Part shown: positions 53,994-64,000 of the stretch, piece after piece
Numbering within the stretch: position 1 is the first letter of the stretch
How the letters are laid out: every line of letters starts with the position of its first letter
Made by a program: the position numbers and the translations under genes
The notes under the pieces: model-generated
The model's database searches: none
What the model saw: only the letters and a program-made list of their open reading frames with translations
What the model was told of the DNA's origin: nothing
Assembly (NCBI GenBank): GCA_965153355.1
Contig: OZ231126.1
Location: 23,932,001 to 23,996,000, forward strand
Source: Flaccisagitta enflata
Lineage: Eukaryota
Direction: 5' to 3'
Length of the DNA stretch: 64,000 nucleotides

Positions 53994-55646
53994 GTAATAT
54001 TGCGTCCGAGTCTTTCTCTTTCTCTTTCTCTTTCTCTCTCTCTCAGGGCAGGTCATAGACGATCCCGCTTTGAAAGGGCTGGTCGCTCGCTAAGATTGTT
54101 CGCTCACTCCGCTCACTCGCTCTGCTTTGCTCACTCCGCTCAAAATGGCGCCAAGCGCGATCTTTCATCTTTTTTTGTTTAGAAATGACATTCCTACAAA
54201 ATTGGGTGTGAAGTTGAAGTAATTTCTTAAGTTTATTCAAACTTTATCTAACTTTGCAAGCTTGTTACTTAGTTGTTTTTCAACCGATTTAGACGAAATT
54301 CATGATGAAAAGAAAGATTCTTTTGTGTTCTTCAAAATGGCGCCAAGCGCGATCTTCTGTCCTTTTTTAATCGCATGCACGCGACTCTACAACCCGCTTT
54401 GTCGGTTGGTCGGTTGGTTACACTTTATTTTTTTGCAATTTTATTTCTTTGTCCTTACTGCTCCTGCCCAAATGGTCTGGTGACCTCAAACATGGCCCCT
54501 GCCTACCCACATGCGACTTCGGTAACCGTGTATCCGGCCTTGTTTATTTAGAAATGACATTCTTCCAAAGTTGGGGGAGAATTATCAAAAATTTACTCAA
54601 ACTTCATCTGACTTTGGGCACTTGTTTCCCAGTTGTTTTGTCACCAATTTAGATAAAATTCAGGTTGAAAAGAAAGAATTTTATGTGTTCTTCAAAATGG
54701 CGCCAATCGTGATCTTTTATCTTTTTTCGTTTAGAATTAGTGTGCATACCAAGATAAAGGGGTATTTTAGCTTTTATGCTTGTGAGATGATAATCTTTTA
54801 CGAGCAAAATCTGAGATGCGCGACATTGAAATTGCGTCCTAACTCCCTTCCCCGACCTCGGGGACGTAAATTTAAATATTTAGAAAGAACAAGGCCGGAT
54901 ACGGCCAATACCAGTCGCGGATGGGTGGGCAGGGGCGGAAATGCATGTTTCTCCACTTTTCGACTCATGCTCACGGACCGACGGACGGACGGACAAAGCC
55001 TCGTATAGAGTCGCTTGTCCGCGACTAAAAACACTCCAGAGTGGAGTAGCCAATTGGATAGTATCGGTGTAACTGACCTTGTTGATTTTTGACTAAGTCA
55101 TAGGCTGTTTCTTTTTTTTATCGCGTCAACGCGCGTTGTCATGGAGTGAAAATGAAAACAGATTTGAATTGGTCATACTCTGGGGATATGACATGCAGCT
55201 CACGTTACCTCACGTCGCCAAAGTTGAGCCATAACAACCCTTTATTTTAAACTTCCTTAATTCTTTTATTTTTTACTCAAATTTTTTGGAGAAAAAAAAT
55301 CACCCAGACATGATTTTGGCCAAAAATGAATGATATTCATTGCATTTGAACAATATTCTTCCATATTTGTCGCGTGGGATCTATTCTCACGCAGGGAGAA
55401 AATTCCGACATAGCATTTTCTCTCGCTCTTTCGAGGAACAAACCTAAGTTGACTTTCCTACTAAGGAGATAATAAAGTTTCTAATTTTTTTATTTCCTAG
55501 AGAAATATTAAGACATGACTCACAAAAACTTTCATTGAAATCTAAAAGAGAGCTTCAAATTTATGCTTCGCTGACACTGGCCATAATTACCTCTGCCCAC
55601 TCGCGTGTTGTTGAGTTTTTCATGCATCTGTCCATGTTAATCAAAT

Positions 55647-56245
55647 AACACCTCTCACATAATTAGGCGAACTGGTTGAATGATCAAAATTGATAGAAAT
55701 ATAGCATTCATTGGCCTGAAATTTGTCATAAAGAAAGCTAAAATATAGTACTTTCACAAACCAGGGCAAAGTTTTGAACCTGGGGAAATGCGTGGCTCTC
55801 GGGAAGTGATATGGCAAAAATGCAGTTAAAGATTTTGACTGATTTTGACATGGAAATTTTTGATGATAAGAGAACATAAACCTCCTTAAATTTTACCGTT
55901 AAAAATGCAAGAAAACATCAAATCTCGGGTTCTTATATCACTGACATATAAAAATGAGTCAACAGTACCAAGATACAGTCAGTGACAGCTGTGAAAGGTC
56001 ACAAAACCCCTTGTCAAATAGAATGGTTTTAGCAAGAAATTTGGAGCTGAAGAAAACCTAAAATTTGCATGATATCATTTGGTGATGCTATTTGCAGCTC
56101 TTGGTTGACGTAATTTGGACTTTTTTTGTAGAACCCTCATGGAAATAATTAATATTTTCCTTAACCTAAAATCCTGTTTTGGACTTTAAAAACACAATTA
56201 TAGACAAGTTCTGATCCCAGTTCGCCTAATTTTGTGAGAGGCGTT
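55647..56245. mobile_element. MITE with ~28-bp TIRs
   Basis: AACACCTCTCACATAATTAGGCGAACTGG / CCAGTTCGCCTAATTTTGTGAGAGGCGTT; TSD ambiguous. Confidence 0.72.
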
Positions 56246-56377
56246 AATCAATTCAAACTCAATTGAAGTAAACAATGAAACTTATTTGTGCATTTTTAGT
56301 CGCGCTATGTGACTAAACACATTGGTTGATTGGTTGGTGCCCTTTTAGGCTGCAGCTTCAAAGGGGTGGATGACCTA

Positions 56378-56550
56378 CAGTTAAACCCCGCTCTTACGGA
56401 TTTCAAGGGACTAACAAGTTTTATCTGTTATAGGCATAAGTCTGTTATTGACAACATAAGAAATGAAAGAAAATTGAAGGGAACATGAATTTATATCTGT
56501 TACAGGCGGAATTCCGTTAATGGCGGGTCCGTTAGAGCGAGGTTCAACTG
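56378..56550. mobile_element. Tc1/mariner (Tigger-like) MITE
   Basis: TA|CAGTTAAACCCCGCTCTTACGGA ... TCCGTTAGAGCGAGGTTCAACTG|TA. Confidence 0.85.
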
Positions 56551-56937
56551 TATGCTTTCACAAATAAAAGGAATTTTGTCTTTCGCCTCCTCCTTCTTCT
56601 TCATCCTTCCCCCCTATCCCTTGTTCAAGGAGAAGGAGAAAATTTTTCATAGGCAGTAGCCCCAAAGAGGTTGATGACCAATGCTTTCATACATATGGGA
56701 ATTTTCACTTTCCTTTCCTCCTCTTCCTTCTCTGTCCCTCCCCCCTCCCCCCCCCCCCGTTCCCAGCTTAAAGGAGACGAAGAACAGAATTTTTCATGGC
56801 CAGCGGCCCTAAAGGGGTCAATGACTTGTGATTTCACACATAATGGGAATTTTCTCCTTCTTCTTGTCTTCCTTCTTCATCCCCCCTTGTCCCAGGGGAA
56901 GAAGAAAGAGAAAGTATCTCAAATGTGTGAGAGCATA

Positions 56938-60570
<3,633 letters not shown>

Positions 60571-60969
60571 TAGGTCATTGACCCCTTTGAGGCTGCTACT
60601 AGGCTCCTTCCCTTAATTTTAATCAGGAAACTATCTTTAAGCAAGGCACAGGTACCGCTGACCATCTTAAGCTTTTGCAACTATTCTTTCTTAGGCGTTT
60701 TTAGCGGTTTTAGCTAAGTGCTCCTGCCGAAACGCCCTTTTCTATCCCTGCCCCTGCCCACCCATATGTGACTTTGGTATCATCTATTCAAGAATCAATA
60801 CTGCACTTAATGATTGGGTGGCTTTTTAGCATTTTAACTCATTTTTACCCAAAATTACTGTGAAAAGTAACAAAGCATGAGTAAAAAAATTTTCTAATTT
60901 TCTAATTTTCTATTTTTTAAATGAAAATGCAAAGCCAAAGAAAATGACGGCGAAAGTAGCCATTAATGG

Positions 60970-61016
<47 letters not shown>

Positions 61017-61493
61017 CTTTCCTCTCATTCCGTGCCGGTACATAAAGAGACTGGCAAATTAACGCGACAAGTGCCATTTTACGACATCTGATTGGTTCCC
61101 ATTTTGGGACAATCGAAGGCCAGTAATGGATTGTGATTGGTCGGTAGTTGAGGTGAAGGCGGTCTCAAGACGGTGATGGATGATAGTCTGAGATGTAGGC
61201 TTAAGATGAAACGAGATCGGCGGTTCTGATTTATCGATCCAGTTCAACCCAAGTTGACTTGAGAGAGACTTAAGAAAGACTCCGAATGTGGAGAGGGCAG
61301 AAGAGAAGGCAAGGCATGTGAAAGCAAAATGGAAAAGGGAAATCAAGGGAAGGGAAAGGAAGAGCAGAGGTGGAACTGGTCCAACCGTCCGTCCAATTGC
61401 CCAAAGTAAGCGGTACCCTCATCATCATGGTTGGCCGAAGATGTGAGAGTAGAGTGGCTACATCCAGAGGGGGTGATATGGTTTAGTGATTAA

Positions 61494-62111
61494 TAGCCTG
61501 TACTGAAATGACTAAAACCCAAAAAATCAAAATTCTACGAGCAGTTCATGTTGTGGAGCTGTCTTGGGCTTCTATTGTCATCATTTTCAGCTTTAAAAGT
61601 TTACATCTTGGTTTCCGCGCCTTACCTTGAACTTCCCATGGGTCAAAAGGAAACTAAAAATTTCAAATTGTTCAAATCAAAATTTTGACTGCAGATTTGA
61701 AATCTGCATGAAAAACTGTCTGTTGAAAGTGCTTTTCTTTTTTCAAAATTCCTTCGGGATCATTATCAAAATCCACGCTAAAGATTTTTAAAGAAGGTAA
61801 GTTCAATGATTTCACAAAGAACTGGTAAGGTATGTTTCGCGATATTTGACAGCACTTTTGACCAACTTCTAATTGGAATATCAAGAAAAGGAAAACACTT
61901 TCAATTGATAGTTTTTTCAGAATTGGAATTTTAGAACTTTGAAATTTTGGATTTCCTATAGGGGAAGGATTTATAGAAGGTAAGGCGCGGCCACCTAAAA
62001 GTAGAATTTCAAAGCCAATATCGATTTCAATAGAAGCCTGAGAAAGTCCCACAACATTATTTGCTCGTAGAATGTTAATTTTATTGCTTATTGTCATTTA
62101 GGTACAGGCTA
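61494..62111. mobile_element. hAT-like MITE
   Basis: TIRs TAGCCTGTACTGAAATGAC / GTCATTTAGGTACAGGCTA; 8-bp TSD GTGATTAA (61486-61493, 62112-62119). Confidence 0.88.
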
Positions 62112-62854
62112 GTGATTAAGTTTAACTTGATTGTATGAATTACATACTCAATAATCATCGTGAAGTCCTCTAAAATAAACTAGTTTCAGTCGCGGAGACG
62201 CGACTCTGTAAGCCACTTTTCGGTCGGTCCGTTGGTCGGTCCGTCCGTCCGTCACAAAATCACTTTTCGAGGTTTTACGCTCCTGCCTACCCGTCCGCGA
62301 CGTACACGGCCTTGTTTGGAAGCGATTAAAATCAATAGTGATGACCCACGCTAAGCTAGCTTAAGCTAAATATCTTGAACCACAGGTTTTGACAGTCCCA
62401 AGCAGCCACGGTAACCTAGTTATATGCATATACTTCCGCAACAACGATAGCTCAAGAAATTTATGTGCTCCGATGAACATGAAAAAGATGATCTATCCAG
62501 GATGTGACAAAAGAACAATGAAAAGAGATGAAAAGACGGAGCCCAGGCTTAGCCCCGAGCAACATCGCCGGATAAGAGGGAGGAGTTAAAACGAAAACGC
62601 TTTCGTTGACCCATATAGCAGATAAAAAAAAAACTTATTTCGAAACAATACTGGCAGTAAAACATGTTCAGGATGATGCCAGGAAAAAAGCGTATGAGTA
62701 TTATCAAAAACGAAATAGGAAGATGCAAGGATCTGCGGTCTTTAGCTTTACAAAACAACTTTATCTATCAACTGATTTATAAGGTGGCAATGGTGACCAT
62801 CGAATTTGGATTCTGGATGTTTCGAGTTGTTAAATTGCCTCTCAAACACTAATG

Positions 62855-62947
<93 letters not shown>

Positions 62948-63119
62948 ACGCCATGTCACGTCAGGTCCATTCCTGTCATAATTCTCGACGCCCACCCTTT
63001 TAAAGCAACTTTCACATTTTCACTCTTGTGTAGCCGTAGGGAGTACATAGCAGTAGATCTGTCTAGACTTGAGATAACGGCAAGCATTGTGGAGACATTG
63101 AACGAAGGGCATATTCTGG

Positions 63120-63487
63120 CAGACTAACCAAAGATGCTTAATTCATGATAGCTGGCTGCCATGGAAACACATTTTGTATTCTCGTTATATCAATATTTTG
63201 AGAGATTTTGCTGAACATTGTTAAAATAGTACAACTTTCCCACAGTATGTTCTGTAAAAATATTCCTCGTTTGGCTGTTGCTAGAGCGTATCCATGTGTG
63301 ACAACCCCTAGCAACCGCTAAACGAGCTTGCATACTCTCAGAACCATACTGTGGGAAAGTTGTAGCAAATTTTTGCCAATATTCTAAAAAATCTCTCAAA
63401 ATATTGATACTTTTGCGAGAATACATGGCAATGTGTTTCCATGGCAACCAGCTATCATGGGCAATAAAGCATCCCCTTATTAGTCTA
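63120..63487. mobile_element. Foldback MITE with YAG termini
   Basis: AGACTAA..CATGATAGCTGGCTGCCATGGAAACACATT vs AATGTGTTTCCATGGCAACCAGCTATCATG..TTAGTCT; internal arms are also inverted. Confidence 0.75.
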
Positions 63488-63656
63488 TGTTTGAAATATC
63501 ACTCCCCTGGCTTCATTTATTTTTCTACAATGCTTGCCCCCGTTATCTCAGGTTTAGACGAGATCTACTGTACTATACTGCTGTAGACGCAAGACTACTT
63601 GTCCGTGCCCGACCGCGCGAGGATATGGGTGTTTGTGTTTAAGTGTGTGTTTGTGT

Positions 63657-63891
<235 letters not shown>

Positions 63892-64000
63892 GGGTCATTT
63901 CTGTCACTATGTAGGTCTGTATTCACCCGTTGTGTTATTCTATTCTATATCTATCCCTGTAGCGGATTTGTTTTCGTCGGTCTGTCTTTCAGTCTCTCTC

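Overview
Repeat-dense animal (invertebrate-like) genomic DNA. It is dominated by microsatellites (GA, GT, AAC, GAT, GAAA, ATTC) and non-autonomous transposons; nearly all entries in the ORF track are simple-repeat artefacts. Coding signal is limited to three things: (1) an intact RTE-X-like LINE reverse transcriptase ORF (6776-8140); (2) a decayed C2H2 zinc-finger pseudogene (8291-9172, minus); (3) a multi-exon minus-strand gene for a coiled-coil plus divergent fibrinogen-related-domain (FReD) protein (about 35842-50253). The most striking structure is a 10.4-kb array at 39218-49642 that looks like a ~984-bp satellite but is organised as one composite transposon: 11 copies of a ~604-bp long direct repeat, each with its own 12-bp TIRs, alternate with 10 copies of a ~374-380-bp spacer. 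The array starts and ends on a complete repeat, is flanked by a 4-bp TGTA target-site duplication, and lies inside the FReD gene. The window also holds many MITEs with readable TIRs/TSDs (hAT-, Tc1/mariner-, piggyBac-, Chapaev/Transib-like), Helentron-associated (HINE/DINE-1-like) elements carrying different minisatellites, a nested insertion stack, and two truncated elements flanked by long direct repeats. All family assignments come from structure read by eye, not database searches.
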